The notes under the pieces: generated by a model | Seen by the model: the letters and a program-made list of their open reading frames with translations, nothing else | The model's database searches: none | Told to the model about the DNA's origin: nothing | NCBI RefSeq assembly: GCF_001194135.2 | Contig: NC_068985.1 | Coordinates: forward strand, 71,684,130 to 71,748,129 | Origin: Octopus bimaculoides | Lineage: Eukaryota | Direction: 5' to 3' | Length of the DNA stretch: 64,000 bases | Made by a program: the position numbers and the translations under genes | Part shown: piece by piece, positions 27,795 to 41,070 of the stretch | Layout of the letters: each line of letters starts with the position of its first letter | Numbering within the stretch: position 1 is the first letter of the stretch

Positions 27795-27975
27795 TAAAGT
27801 AGATTAGAGACCATTTGACATCATAAACTGATGGTTCTGTATACTTCACACTGATACAAACTATAGCTATTCTATTACAATTACAAGTCTTCCGACATAA
27901 GTCTTTTTTATTTCCCTGTTTTACCCTGTGGAAACCTTGGACTTAGAAATTTTTATAATGTAATATTCTGGGATG

Positions 27976-28195
27976 AGATGGCAGTGAGATGGCAGAAATA
28001 TTAGCACACTGGGCGAATTGCTTAGCAGTATTTCATCTGTCTTTATGTTCTGAGTTCAAATTCCACGAAGGTTGACTTTGCCTTTCATCCTTCTGGGGTT
28101 GATAAATTAAGTACCAGTTGCATACTGGCGTCGATCTAATCAACTGCTCCCCACTCCCCCAAAATTTCAGGCCTTGTGTCTAGAGTAGAAAAGTT
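27976..28195 (+). mobile_element. tRNA-derived SINE family B
   Basis: Head (GGTGAG)ATGGCAGAAATATTAGCAC...GAGTTCAAATTCC (B-box-like), then GTTGACTTTGCCTTTCATCC... Copies lie at about 1846-1940, 11925-12130, 21698-21760 (+) and 21885-22110 (-). Confidence 0.75.
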
Positions 28196-29549
28196 TATTC
28201 TGGGATGAGTTTCCATTTGTATGAAAATTTTGGTGTAGTTTTGTTGAAAATTCAGCATTGTTTGAAGTGTGTGTGTGTGTTTACTTGTGGACACATAATG
28301 TTTTCTGTTGATAAATAAATATCAATAAAATAAGTATCAGATGGAAATAAATAACCTGGGTTTATATGATTGAATACAATCCTTGAAAACAGTGCCCCAG
28401 CTTGGCCAAAGACCATTCACTGAAACAAAAAAAGAAGGGACTAACACTGAATAACACAAAATAAAAAATATAAAGAAGTCCTGGAAAGATTAGATAGGAA
28501 AATGAAAACACACTGCATTTATGACATTTTGTGTGTTCATATAATAATAATAATTATTATGATGATGATGATGATGTTGTTGAGGTTGTTTGGGGAGTTT
28601 TATTTTTTTGTTAACTTTCAGAATTTTAAAATGTATTTCATAAAACTTGTTTACATCGTATCAATTCATCAAAATACTCTCAAGTCAGCAGTAATTTTAG
28701 CTTTCTATGGTTTTAAATTTTTGCTTTTCAAGATTTTATAAGTTTGAATCATAAAATTATATGAATTTTTTGATCAATAATTTAAAAATTACTCTATAAC
28801 TTAAATAAATAAAAACTAAATTTGTTTACGACTAATATGAACATTAACATCACTGTAAACATTTTTCATGACCATATTTCTAACAAGAATACACTGTTTA
28901 TGTGTTTAAATTATTATTTTTTTTTTATAATGAAGAATTTGGATTTTAGTAAAATAACTTTTTTGTCTTTTTCTTCATATTTATTGGTAAATTAAACTAG
29001 CATTTTGGAACACAACTTAACAAAGGATAACTGTTTACCTGCTGAAATCCTGTGTTATTATTATTCATGTAATAATAAAATCGTTATTGATTTTTAAAAA
29101 AACATTCAAATAACATTTTAGATGAATTGGTAACGTGACGCTTGAGCAGTCTTGGGCAAGCAGTTTTACTAGAGAGCTATTTATTGAGATAGAAACTAGA
29201 ATCAAAATTTATCCAGCGAAACAAAAATTCAGCAGCACTATGGTTTAACTTGTTTTAGCTACAATACCATCAAAATGTTCCTTTTTTAAAAAAACCCTTT
29301 GGTGATCATATTATAATGAAATATACTGCCAGTGTGGAAAACAACTGAAGGGCCATTGTCCCTCCTAAAGTAGGGTTAGGCTTATTAACCTCATTATAGT
29401 CTAATTGTCTACGATGGCATTTTTGAAGTAGTGTTTTGTGATTGACTACTTTTCTCACTGTCAAGCCCTTTGGTGACCTTTTACTACACTGAAGGATATA
29501 TCGTATCAGTTCTAGAAGTAAGGTTTCTCTTAATTTTGAAAATAATTAA

Positions 29550-29890
29550 GTATTTTGAATACTGATCTCAACACGCTGACCCTTACAAAGGAGGTGGCAG
29601 AAGACCGAGATATGCGGTGTATTGCTGTACTCAAGGAAATGCACACACTACAACAGAAATGAGATCTTAAAACCAAGGTGCCACATAAAAAGCATTGGTA
29701 TGGGTGTGGGTGCCACATAAAAAAACACCCAGTACAGTGATTGTAAAGTGATTGGTGTTAGGAAGGGCATCCAGCCATAAAAACCAAGCCAAAACAGACT
29801 TTGGAATCTGGTGTGGCCCCTGGCTTTGTCAGTTCCTGTCAAGCTGTCCAACCCATGCCAGCATGGAAAACATACTAAATAATGATGATG
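29550..29890 (+). mobile_element. RTE-clade LINE 3' end, diverged subfamily
   Basis: ILNTDLNTLTLTKEVAEDRDMRCIAVLKE is followed by the shared 3'UTR and a GATGATGAT tail. Confidence 0.65.
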
Positions 29891-32800
29891 ATTTGGAAAT
29901 GTTTAGCACAATAACTTTGTCATTATTAACATTTCGTGACCATCTTTCTAATTATTAGACAATCTGTATGTTTCAATTAATATGAAATAAAGATTTTGAA
30001 AGAGGCCAATAAAAAACAAATCAATAATTTTATACATTGGGTTCTAAAAATGCTGGGGTTGACCAGAAGAAGTATGACAATATCATTCATGTTAGGAGGT
30101 TTTGATCAAGATATTAATTCATATCTGAAGAAATTTAGTGCCAGCTGCCTCAGTTGGTAGATTGGTTAGTATTAAAAAAGGCTAAATTGGTTTACACATA
30201 CACCCTTTGCAAAACATTCTGTTCTACATTGTTGTAGATCCCAACTCACATTACAGAATCAACTGTAAATAGTGGTGTCCTAGCCAGGATGTGACTTAAT
30301 TTGTATCATGTCGTGAAATCATAGCTGAAACATTTTTGTTACTCAAAAAGCAGGGTGCTTAAGTGTCATACTGGGGTGGGGGTCATTGCCATGAGGTAAT
30401 TTATTTCACTATTGCAAAAAATGGGAACACTGTAAGATTGATGAGTGTTTTGTTGATAACCAAGTCTACTCAGCTATAAATAGGCACTATGGGATGGGAT
30501 AATTCTGTGGCAACCCTGTGGAATTGACGAATGTTTTGTTCACAGTTAAATAGAAATCTGCACTGTGGCAGGATATAATCTTAGCAGCAGCACTGTGGGA
30601 TTAAGTCTTTGTTGGCTTCAAATGTAAAGATCAGTTTTCTCCCTTGAACTGGGTAAAGCTTATCTGGGGTAGACTAGCATCCTATGTATCCAAAATGAAA
30701 TTTGCCCTCCTCCCACACTACTTATCACTACAGAACATGCAGATAGTCATTATTCACCCTATTTTGTTGCAACATTCTTTCCCTCCTTTCTGTGAATGTT
30801 TCCAATTTGAAAAAAAAAAAAAATTGAAAAAAAAAAGGGGCTAGCAAATCAAAATGAGGTATAATGGCTTCATTCCTACTTTCCATCACCCTCAAAATAG
30901 CACATTGCAAAAGGNNNNNNNNNNNNNNNNNNNNNNNNNNNNNNNNNNNNNNNNNNNNNNNNNNNNNNNNNNNNNNNNNNNNNNNNNNNNNNNNNNNNNN
31001 NNNNNNNNNNNNNNNNNNNNNNNNNNNNNNNNNNNNNNNNNNNNNNNNNNNNNNNNNNNNNNNNNNNNNNNNNNNNNNNNNNNNNNNNNNNNNNNNNNNN
31101 NNNNNNNNNNNNNNNNNNNNNNNNNNNNNNNNNNNNNNNNNNNNNNNNNNNNNNNNNNNNNNNNNNNNNNNNNNNNNNNNNNNNNNNNNNNNNNNNNNNN
31201 NNNNNNNNNNNNNNNNNNNNNNNNNNNNNNNNNNNNNNNNNNNNNNNNNNNNNNNNNNNNNNNNNNNNNNNNNNNNNNNNNNNNNNNNNNNNNNNNNNNN
31301 NNNNNNNNNNNNNNNNNNNNNNNNNNNNNNNNNNNNNNNNNNNNNNNNNNNNNNNNNNNNNNNNNNNNNNNNNNNNNNNNNNNNNNNNNNNNNNNNNNNN
31401 NNNNNNNNNNNNNNNNNNNNNNNNNNNNNNNNNNNNNNNNNNNNNNNNNNNNNNNNNNNNNNNNNNNNNNNNNNNNNNNNNNNNNNNNNNNCCTTAACTA
31501 AGCACCCAAGGGATACCTACTTAACTCCCTACCAGCCACAACCTAACTCAGTATGAAGGGATATGAAGAAAAGGAAAAAGGGTAGAGTATACCATGGGGT
31601 GGATGGATGTATGTATGCTTGTGATACATACATAGAATGGAAGAGGGAATGGTGATGGTGCATGCAGAATTGGTCTCTTGCCTATTATTAAATGTCCCAA
31701 TTACAATCACATCTACCCCTTCACAACTATAATACACCCAGGGATTCCCTCTTACTGCTACTACCCAAATACCCTGCACACATTAACATCGGCATTCCTC
31801 CAATCCCACTTGCATACTACCCACTCCATCCACCCCATTCCTAAATTTTACTATCAAAACTGCTTCCTTTCTGTTAACTTCCTTTGTATTCATGTTTAAC
31901 CCCTCAGCATTCAGATTACTCTGTTAAATGTAATGCTTATTTCTTCACATTGTTTTGAATTATCATGCATTATCTTATAATTTTGAGATTTCGATGTTGC
32001 AATTGTTTACTTTTACAGTAACATTATAGGATTAGTGTGAGAGGTTAGGCCGGGTCAGTTTGAACATAAAACAAGTAGAATATTTTAGCTGGATATTGCT
32101 GGTTTAAATGTTAGAGGTTTCATCCTCCAACTATGTCACTACTTTCATCATATACTTTTACATATATATATATATATATATACGTCTTTACATATTTATA
32201 TATGTATATTCATTTATATATTCTAAACTTCCAATAAATAATGGAAGTTTAGATATAGTTTCTATGATTTTACACATTCCTGTATGCACACACATGCACA
32301 TAAACACACATACACTAACAAAGATACATACTAAAATACAGTGTATATGTAAGCAATAAGGACTAGATGGCCACAGCTAGGGTCCTTTAGTCAAAGAATG
32401 AGGGTAATGCCCATGACCTTATTCAGGGCCTTCAAAACTAAACAGGAGAACAGGAACTTATCCTCAGGTATGTGAATGCTTGCAGCAGAGTGAACTCTGC
32501 TGAAGGAACCCAAGGCCAAGTTGGTGGTAGTAAACCAGAAAGCAATCTACCACCCGAGGTCCAACCTGGGGCTAAAGAATGTAAACAACATCCAATTGGG
32601 CTTCAGATTACATCCTACCATTGTATAAAAAGAAAGGGCACATTAGATAATGTACTGCTAGATAGATTATATCTGCAAAAATTTGGAAGGTTTCAGCTGG
32701 TATTTTTTTGATACAGGACTAGTGGATCAGGGCTGCAGGAATGGCCTAGGATGTAAATTACAAAAACAATCACAGAAGCAGATAAAGTGTTCCCCATATT

Positions 32801-32924
32801 CACTAGATTAATGTTAACATCTTCCTCTAGACTTGCCATCTGAAATTATTTTATATAATTTCATGCTTGCTCCTACAGCAGTTTATCTTTTTTAAATAAT
32901 ATGCATTTATGTGTGTGTATGGTA

Positions 32925-32978
<54 letters not shown>

Positions 32979-33147
32979 GTTTGTGTAAAGATACAAAAGC
33001 TATGCAGTGACATATCTCCATTTTTTACATCTTTCGAAGAGCATAGGCTTGAAACATCAGACTTTTCCATTTTTCCCAAGCATTAAGCTAATACACCTGC
33101 TTGTTGTTCCCTCACCTGTCTTCAGCTTTTGTTTTCTGTAAATTTAA

Positions 33148-33192
<45 letters not shown>

Positions 33193-33298
33193 AAGGCTCT
33201 GGAGAGTCTAGTACCTAACATTGCAATTAAAAGCTATAGCAACCCACAAAATAGTTGCCACTGCATAGTACCAATAGTCTCATCTCTTCCGTCCAGAG

Positions 33299-33881
33299 CA
33301 GTTATTCCCAACCTAGGGCAAATGTACCATTGGTGGTGCCTGGGAAAATTGTGTTGGGGCATGAATTCCATTATTTAATACAAAAAAATCAGTGAATATT
33401 TTGTTCAAAACAAAAGGTACCAAGATGTGGTTATATGATGAAATTGAAAGGAAATACCCTAACACTACCATTTCAGCAAAGGAACTGTTGATTCATTTTC
33501 CCACTTCTTATTTGGTTGAGTGTGGCTTTAGTGCTGTTGAAGAATTCTTTTGAACCAAGAGAAGCAGACTTGAAATTACAAACTGTGGTGATTTACGGCT
33601 GAAGCTAACAGAATTGTCTCTTTGAATCAAGGAAATCCGCTGTAGTTGCCAGGCACAAGATTCTTATTAAAGTGATTCACTTTTCTTTTCGTTGCCAATA
33701 ATGTACTTTTTTTTTGTACTTAGTACTTAATAAAGGAGTTACCAATAAATTCTTTTGTATTAGATAATTGTAATAAAATATTAAAAGTAAAGCTGTCTTT
33801 TTTACAACCACTGGTGGGGCGTACAACATTTTTCTGGAAATTTATAGTGGGGCCTGGGGGAAAATAGATTAGGAAACACTG
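33299..33881 (+). mobile_element. Buster-type hAT non-autonomous derivative retaining the transposase C-terminal dimerization region
   Basis: TIRs are CAGTTATTCCCAACC and (reverse complement) CAGTGTTTCCTAATC; the 8-bp TSD-like flanks are gtccagag and gtctaggg. The internal frame reads AKELLIHFPTSYLVECGFSAVEEFF*TKRSRLEITNCGDLRLKLT. Confidence 0.85.
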
Positions 33882-34117
33882 GTCTAGGGTAAGAATCTGA
33901 TACTGTAGTAGCTTAGAGTTCAAGGGTTCACATCTTCACAATACTTTGTCAAATAGCAAAAAAAAGAAAAGAAAGAGAGGGGAAAAACTCTCAGCTCTAT
34001 GGGGTGCAGATCAAAAGGCATTTCGACAAATTTTAATACCAGATGAACAATCATCATAACAACAAGCATATATAAGGGTGGTATTGCATAATTCCTTAAT
34101 TCAACAAAATCAAACAC

Positions 34118-34148
<31 letters not shown>

Positions 34149-34271
34149 AACATGTAAATAAACATGTCTTTGCTCTATCTATAAGCATATATGCATGTAT
34201 GTAAACATTTATATGTGTATACACACACACACACACACACACACACGTGTGTGTATATTTATATGACTGCT

Positions 34272-34302
<31 letters not shown>

Positions 34303-34901
34303 TAATGCACATACACATATATACATTATACACACACACACACATATATATATATATGTATTTTTGTGTGTGTATGTGTTATAAATAAATAATGGAAGTT
34401 TAAATATAGTTTCTACGTGGATGTACTGACTTACATGTACCATATGAGTTGGCAAACATAGTCAACATATATGAAAAGATAAAGAACAAATCGACAGACA
34501 CATTAAATGTCTCTCTCACACACACACACACACTGACAGACAGACAGACAAAATCTCTGACACACACACATACGTACAATTTCCTACAGATTTAAACTCT
34601 ACACAGACACACTAACCCACACAAACTTTCTACTCATTTGCTCAAATATTGTCACACTTGCTTCCATTTCTGCTCCATTTTAATTCCGATATTACTTTCC
34701 ACTTTATCAATGATGCCATCAAAATACTTATTTACCATAGGATAGCATGTTTATTAAGTTAAATCAGAATTTTTGAAGTCACCACCAAATGCCTAAATTC
34801 TCCACCACCATCACCTTCCACCACAAAATACTTAAGAGTTCCTACTCTTTCATGTTTCCTAAGGAAATTCTAATAATTATGTTCTTTAAGTGTTTCCATG
34901 A

Positions 34902-34938
<37 letters not shown>

Positions 34939-34970
34939 GTAACATATATGTACAAACATAAATGTGTATA

Positions 34971-35001
<31 letters not shown>

Positions 35002-35039
35002 CTACATACTGACACAAATACACACACACATATATATAT

Positions 35040-35430
35040 TATTTGTTTGAGTCATTTGACTGTGGCCATGCTGGGGCACCACCTTGAAGAATTTTAGTTG
35101 AAGAAATCAACGTCAGTACTTTTTCTTTTAAGCCTGGTACTTATCCTATCGATTTCTTTTGCCAAAACCACTAAGCTACAGGGACATAAACACACCAACA
35201 CTGGTTATCAAGCAGTGGGGCAGGGGACAAACACAGATACAAAAATACATGCATAGATACATATATACATATATAACGGGCTTCTTTCAGTTTCTGTCTA
35301 CCAAATTCACTTACAAGGCTTTGATCGGCCTGAAGCTATCATAGAAGACACTTGCCCAAGGTGCCACTGAACCCAGACTGAATCGAGAACCATGTGGTTG
35401 GGAAGCAAGCTTCTTATCATACTGCCACAC
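35040..35430 (-). mobile_element. SINE family A copy, followed by an extra head fragment at about 35460-35545
   Basis: Reverse complement of family A. Confidence 0.8.
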
Positions 35431-35639
35431 CTGATATATATATATATATATATATATACTTGCTTGAGATGTCATGCAGTGGGACTGAACCTGGAATCAT
35501 GCTGTTGGGAAGCAAGCTTCTTACCATACAGCCACACCCGCACCTATGTATGTAAAATTTTCGTGTTCACTTTCTATGCTGGCATGGGACAGGCAAAATT
35601 CGTTGAGGTAGATTTTCTACAACGCTTGCTTACTACTTC

Positions 35640-36263
35640 CATGTAATGTCAATGCAAGAAAACTCAAACACAAATACCCAAAGTGGCTGATGTCTTTTTC
35701 AACTGAGCCCCACACATTGCAATCCTTGGGATTATAATCAGGGCGATTAAGAGACCAGAAATTGTGTCTGCTGAGGCCATAGACATTTTCCAACAACCAC
35801 TTCTAACTATCTCCGCAGGTATGGCAAGGAGCTGAATCCTGCTACCACACATGTGGCCTTCCAACCGCAACCTTCTTCAGTCAGAGTTAACCCACTGTCT
35901 CCAACGGCTTCACATAGCTATTTAAATTGAGTCTGAAGGCCCTGTATATCTGTTGATGAATCCCGTCATGCTGGCCATTGCTTTACAGTTCCCATTGCAG
36001 CTGCCAATGTTACATCTTACAGCCATTATATGGTTCATAGAGCATTGAGAAGCAATCATGGTGTCAGCATTTTGATGCCCAACATAAGCCATCATGATAC
36101 AGGTAATTCTTTTCCAATATTCAGATGGCTTCCAGTCCTACATGTCAGCTATTTTTTTCTCGACTACAACTTTAATCTTCAGGCTCTCCTACACTATTGA
36201 CTGTGCAATACATCAAGCTGTTCTTGAAAAATGGAGGCAAAAAAATTTAGCCTGACTGCCCTG
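35640..36263 (-). mobile_element. DD37D (maT) mariner-family transposon, internally deleted and decayed
   Basis: The minus strand starts CAGGGCAGTCAGGC. A short N-terminal remnant is followed by VW*QDSAPCHTCGDS*KWLLENVYGLSRHNFWSLNRPDYNPKDCNVWG, with exactly 37 codons between the Asp at 35836-35838 and the Asp at 35722-35724. Confidence 0.85.
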
Positions 36264-36491
36264 TTTACGCATGCGCACACACACGCACGCACGCACACAC
36301 GCACGCACACACACACACACACATGTATATGTCTTGTTTTACTTTGAAGCAATGCATAGAACCAAGGTTTTTGACTTAAGCTAAATACAACAAACTACTT
36401 CTAAGCAAAACATGATATTACTATACTCCCCTTGAGTGAGTAAAAACTATGCACATCCAGTGAAATTTAAACATGGATAAGCAGTACCTCA

Positions 36492-36558
<67 letters not shown>

Positions 36559-38421
36559 GCACACTTTTTATTGCACACACATATATGTATGCATGTAATT
36601 TTGTGTGTGTGTGTGTGTGTATCTATTTGTAAAGCTTAACTCCTGTTTAGCTACGATTGAGGAAGTCTGTGATCAGAAGCATTTTAAGCAAGAGTATCAC
36701 ATGTTTTTGCAACAGAGACAATATATCTTATGTTACCGTCTCAGTTGTCTTGTATTTACTTTTCTTCTTTTTTTTTTGTGCAGCAGGTTTAAATTGACTT
36801 GAGATTTGGCTGTTACTTCTTGCAAATTTAGCAGTTATGATCATTTAGTTAGATTCATTGTATCCGTGCTTGTGTGTGTATATAAGAGAGAGAAGGACTG
36901 GCAAGGAGAAATTCTTGGTAGCTACAAAGATAGATACTTTTATTGGTAGATACTTTCAAATTTTGTATCACATTTATGCAAACTCTGGCTCAGGAGAGCT
37001 TAGAGAATTTTTCCAAAAGGGATTCTTAATGGTGCATAGATGTCAACCGATTTATCAAGATAAGGGAGCTTGTGAACAGATAGATCTAGTGTTATAATAT
37101 TTACTTTGATAAACTAATTAATAACATACAAAGGCAGGTGTCAGTATTGGTAGCCCATGAGACAAGGTATCTTGCCTTTCATCTTTCCAAGTTCAAGAAA
37201 GTAAGCAGATAATAGCCAATGTATTGAGGTCAATGTAATCGACTGAACTCCACAAGATGGTGCTCCAGCATAGTCTTAGTTCAATGCATGAGATGAATAA
37301 ACGAAAACAATAACAAAACATTAAGAATAAAACATTTAAACATTCCACAATAAATGTCAGAGCATTTAGAAAATTTGTAAGGACTCCAAATTTTATATCA
37401 TCTTTGGAATTTAGGATGTTTTCTAGCTATTCCTTTGATTATTTTAAGTTTTATGTATCTGAAATGCAAAAAGCTTCTAAATCTTCTAAAGTTAGTGTGA
37501 AATATCATAATACAGCCTGAAATCTAGAATGCTTTCAAGTTCAAACTATAATGATAGCAAAATTCAAGATGTTTAAAAGATATTAGGATATAGCTATGAT
37601 CTGTTGTGAAAATTTTGGGGTTCATGAAATATTATAATGTTGATATCTTTATCAACCTCTTAGCTATATCAGTCCTCTTGAGTGCTACAGAAATTTTATG
37701 TTCCTAGCATTCAGTTTCTTTTTATCTTGACTCTTCCCTCTTCATTCTTATAATTAATTACATTAATGGACTAACCCGAAACATGCAGTCTTTTATATGC
37801 ACCATTCTTCCCTCGGGCTCATTTGAGACAGTTAAGATGTAAGTCGATAACACCAGCAAGAAGTAGGAAGAATAATCGACAATGTTTCAACATTACTTTC
37901 TTAATTAACTCCCAACAGATGAAGTATTAGTTACTTTAGTCATTTCCTTTTACACTCAATATTCAAATGCACTACCAAGCAGGAAATTTATGCTGAGTGT
38001 CACCTCACTTATCCTAGGTTTTGGCATAAAAAGAAGAAGACCCTTAGGGCAATAACTACCAAGATATGTGATCCAGTGAAGTTTCTTTTTATTCACATCA
38101 ATGCATCAAATACTTTATTGTTGGTTTTGAGATTATCAATAGTATTGCTGGAGCTACACAGTATTACATAAAGGACAGAGAAATACGTTTAATACAGAAA
38201 CGACACTAAGAGCATTATTGACATTAACTTCAGAACTACTGTTGTCTTTTGTAACATGACTTTGTGGTTTCAGTTTATCTTTTAACTTTGACTACAGTTA
38301 CCAGTCCTGAATAAACCCGCTGCCAGTTGCAGATGTTGCATTTTAGTGCAGTAATTTGAATTTGAACTTTGTGTCTGTTAAAAATTCTAAACATTTTATA
38401 GTCATTTATGAAGATAAAATG

Positions 38422-38629
38422 CAATTGCAATGTTATTACAATATGCATTATATTAGCCTCGATACTGATATGTCAATTGCAATGTTATTACAATACGCAT
38501 TGTATTAGCCTCAATACTGATATGTCAATTGCAATGCCATTTCAATACGTATTATATTAGCCTCAATACTGATTTCCCAATTGTAATGCTATTACAATAT
38601 GTATTAAATTAACCTCAATGCTGATTTGT
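38422..38629. repeat. 52-bp minisatellite, 4 copies
   Basis: Units start CAATTG at 38422, 38474, 38526 and 38578; the consensus is approximately CAATTGCAATGTTATTACAATATGCATTATATTAGCCTCAATACTGATATGT. Confidence 0.95.
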
Positions 38630-38860
38630 CAGCTTTCAAAGAAATAAGTCACAAGCAATTTTTTATTTAATGGCTTAGTCAGAAGGGAAGATAGTGGATT
38701 GGTAGAATCATTACAGAATTTGTTCCAGTATTTTACACTCTGCAATGACATTGGTGGGAAACTATGCCATCAATTGCATTTCTCTTGGACCGCATAATTG
38801 TTGTAGAGAGAGGAGGCTTGTCGCATGGGCAACTTCCAGCTTTCTATATATCTTGCTTAG

Positions 38861-38934
38861 GCATGCACCCTTGGGAGAAACTTTGTAGATGCATTTGGTC
38901 AACCTTGTCTGAAGGAGGCCTGAGAATCAGAAGA
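38861..38934 (+). CDS. Candidate exon (74 nt, phase 1 to 0)
   Basis: Acceptor tttctatatatcttgcttag|, donor AGA|gtgaga; frame MHPWEKLCRCIWSTLSEGGLRIRR. Confidence 0.2.
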
Positions 38935-40350
38935 GTGAGATCAGGGATCATAAATCTTTTTTAAGCGTGTAAGACTTGTGAGAAGCAGGGGAAAAGTTAT
39001 TTGATGACTTGGCATGAATGTATGTAACAGATTGGTCTTTTCTAATGGCACTAAAGAACCAGATGGTAGTTGTGTTAAATCAGGTGATGGATTAAATCTG
39101 CCTCTCAAAAACAGAAAAAAGCATAGGCTACCATGCATGTCTGTCAACCAAATTTTACTCCCAAATTGACTTGCGGTTATGGTAGAAAACTTTTGCTGAA
39201 GCTGCAAAAAAGAAAGGGTTAAGTTACTGAAAAGAAACTAAACACCTTATAAACACAGAACACTGTACATAACTGCTTTGACTAGCTTAGGGTGTGCTAT
39301 CTTATAAGACAGTAAGGATAAAGTGTTCAAAAGGGGAATAAATTGGGTTGCGTTGGGGAAGAAAAAATAAACTACCATATTGGGCAGGATTTTCATCTGC
39401 AGTCTACTACTTTTACTCATAGCAACTGATTTATTCCACTTTTGACCTGTTTTATACTTAACATACAAAACTAAACACTTTCCTCATATCGTGACATTTA
39501 TTTTATGATTTGAATTATTTTTATTACATTTCGCCAATGCAGAACATCACTAGTTTCTTCAGATTCCATTGTTTTCATTACCGTATAAGGTTATAAACCC
39601 TACTTTGCACAAAAGCGTAAGATGTACCATGTTGAAACGGTGTTTACTTTCTCTTCAATAACACTCCTCTTTTTTCCTTCTTTCGCTTTTTGCAAAGCAA
39701 CTTTTCTTTTTCTGATGCCAATGCGAGAATGCCATATGCACTGCAAGCAACAACAGCCCTTAAAAGTCTCATTAAAAAACAGGGACAGATACAGTTTAAA
39801 CCGAGATATCACAAAGAAAAAAGAAAAAGACAGTATGGTCACAGCTAGAATGCTTCTGACTCCATCATGGTTGACTTTAGGCTAAACAATTTCATAACTA
39901 TTGTGTATATGTTTGCACCCTTCCCACTCTTACTTACACATCAAATACAGCTTTTATATATTTCACTTTATTGCTTCTTCTGTCCTCTTTTAATTCTCTA
40001 CCTTCCATGTATTATCACCATATTTGAAGTTATGTAATAAGTATTATGTAAGTAACCATTGCAACTGTTAATTGAAACTAGCTTATAACTACTGTATACA
40101 ATCCAGTCTTAATTAAATTGATCAACTCAGTTGGCCATAACACTGCATATGCTGAAAATATGGACAAAATAATTTTTGATAGATTACAATAAATTTTGTG
40201 ATTCTTCAAAATATAAGGTGCGCTATTCTTTATAACCAATCAATTTTAGCCTCACCTGGAAAAGTAAATGAACTAGTTACACCACAGGCTATATCTCTTC
40301 ATGAACAGAAGAAGTAATATCATTCTGATCAGTTTATTGTTTGCTTAGGC

Positions 40351-40655
40351 CTGTGGCTCTCATCCAGAGTCCACAAGACCCCTGAGGGTCCATAAAAGAT
40401 TTTGTATTTGGGGTGGAGGGTGGGGTGGTAGCAAAATAATAAACTGGGGATCCACTGTAGTATTTTAAGGGCCTCTGAAAAATGTTGATAAAGATGTATT
40501 TACACAGTTCAACTTAAGCATATTAATGTATGGAAAATGAAATGGGAATTTTGAAAAATGTCTCTATAAAATTAATTTTTAAACATCGAATGGTTATCAG
40601 GATTAACCTGTGTAAAATAGCTATAAAAAAGGGTCCATAGATTAAAAAAAGAGGC
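40351..40655. mobile_element. Partial copy of the hAT MITE family, opposite orientation
   Basis: Reverse-complement similarity to 13623-13956; preceded by gcttaggc (central TA). Confidence 0.6.
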
Positions 40656-41028
40656 TGTCTTGTGATTCAGAAAACCCTTACGTCACTGATCCTCACACTG
40701 CAGAATACCCTACAAACACATACATTCCTCCTCCCCCTTTCTACAGAACTACTTCCTTGGTCTACCCTCACTACATTTAATTATCACTCACATAGATCCA
40801 TCTACACAAAATAGCAACTTGATAAAGGCTATATAAAGGCTATATGACAGAGGCTATATAAAGTCAAAAAGGACCCAAGTAAAGTATAGTCTGATGAATG
40901 CAAGCAAACCATAACCTTGAAGTTACAGTCAACAGTTTCTTTTGTAAAGTAAATGTCTGCTCTACAAAACATATTGAGTAATCCTTCAGTGTAACTGGTT
41001 ATATATATAACTTAAAAGCAAATGCTTA

Positions 41029-41070
<42 letters not shown>

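Noticed and set aside
30250-30324. Minus-strand segment bounded by a good acceptor and a GTGAGT donor
   Set aside because: All three frames contain stops; it could only be non-coding, and there is no evidence for that.
38422-38629. CRISPR-like array
   Set aside because: The repeats are contiguous with no unique spacers, the context is eukaryotic, and there are no cas genes.
39636-39772. Minus-strand MRLLRAVVACSAYGILALASEKEK (signal-peptide-like) and alternative K-rich frames, plus the 88-aa ORF at 38941-39207
   Set aside because: Several frames look equally plausible, the splice sites do not chain consistently, and no homolog is recognised; it remains worth a glance in RNA-seq.
40885-40915. 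CTGATGA-ATGC-AA-GCA-AAC, hammerhead-like
   Set aside because: GAAA is missing and there are no convincing stems I and III; at best a decayed remnant.
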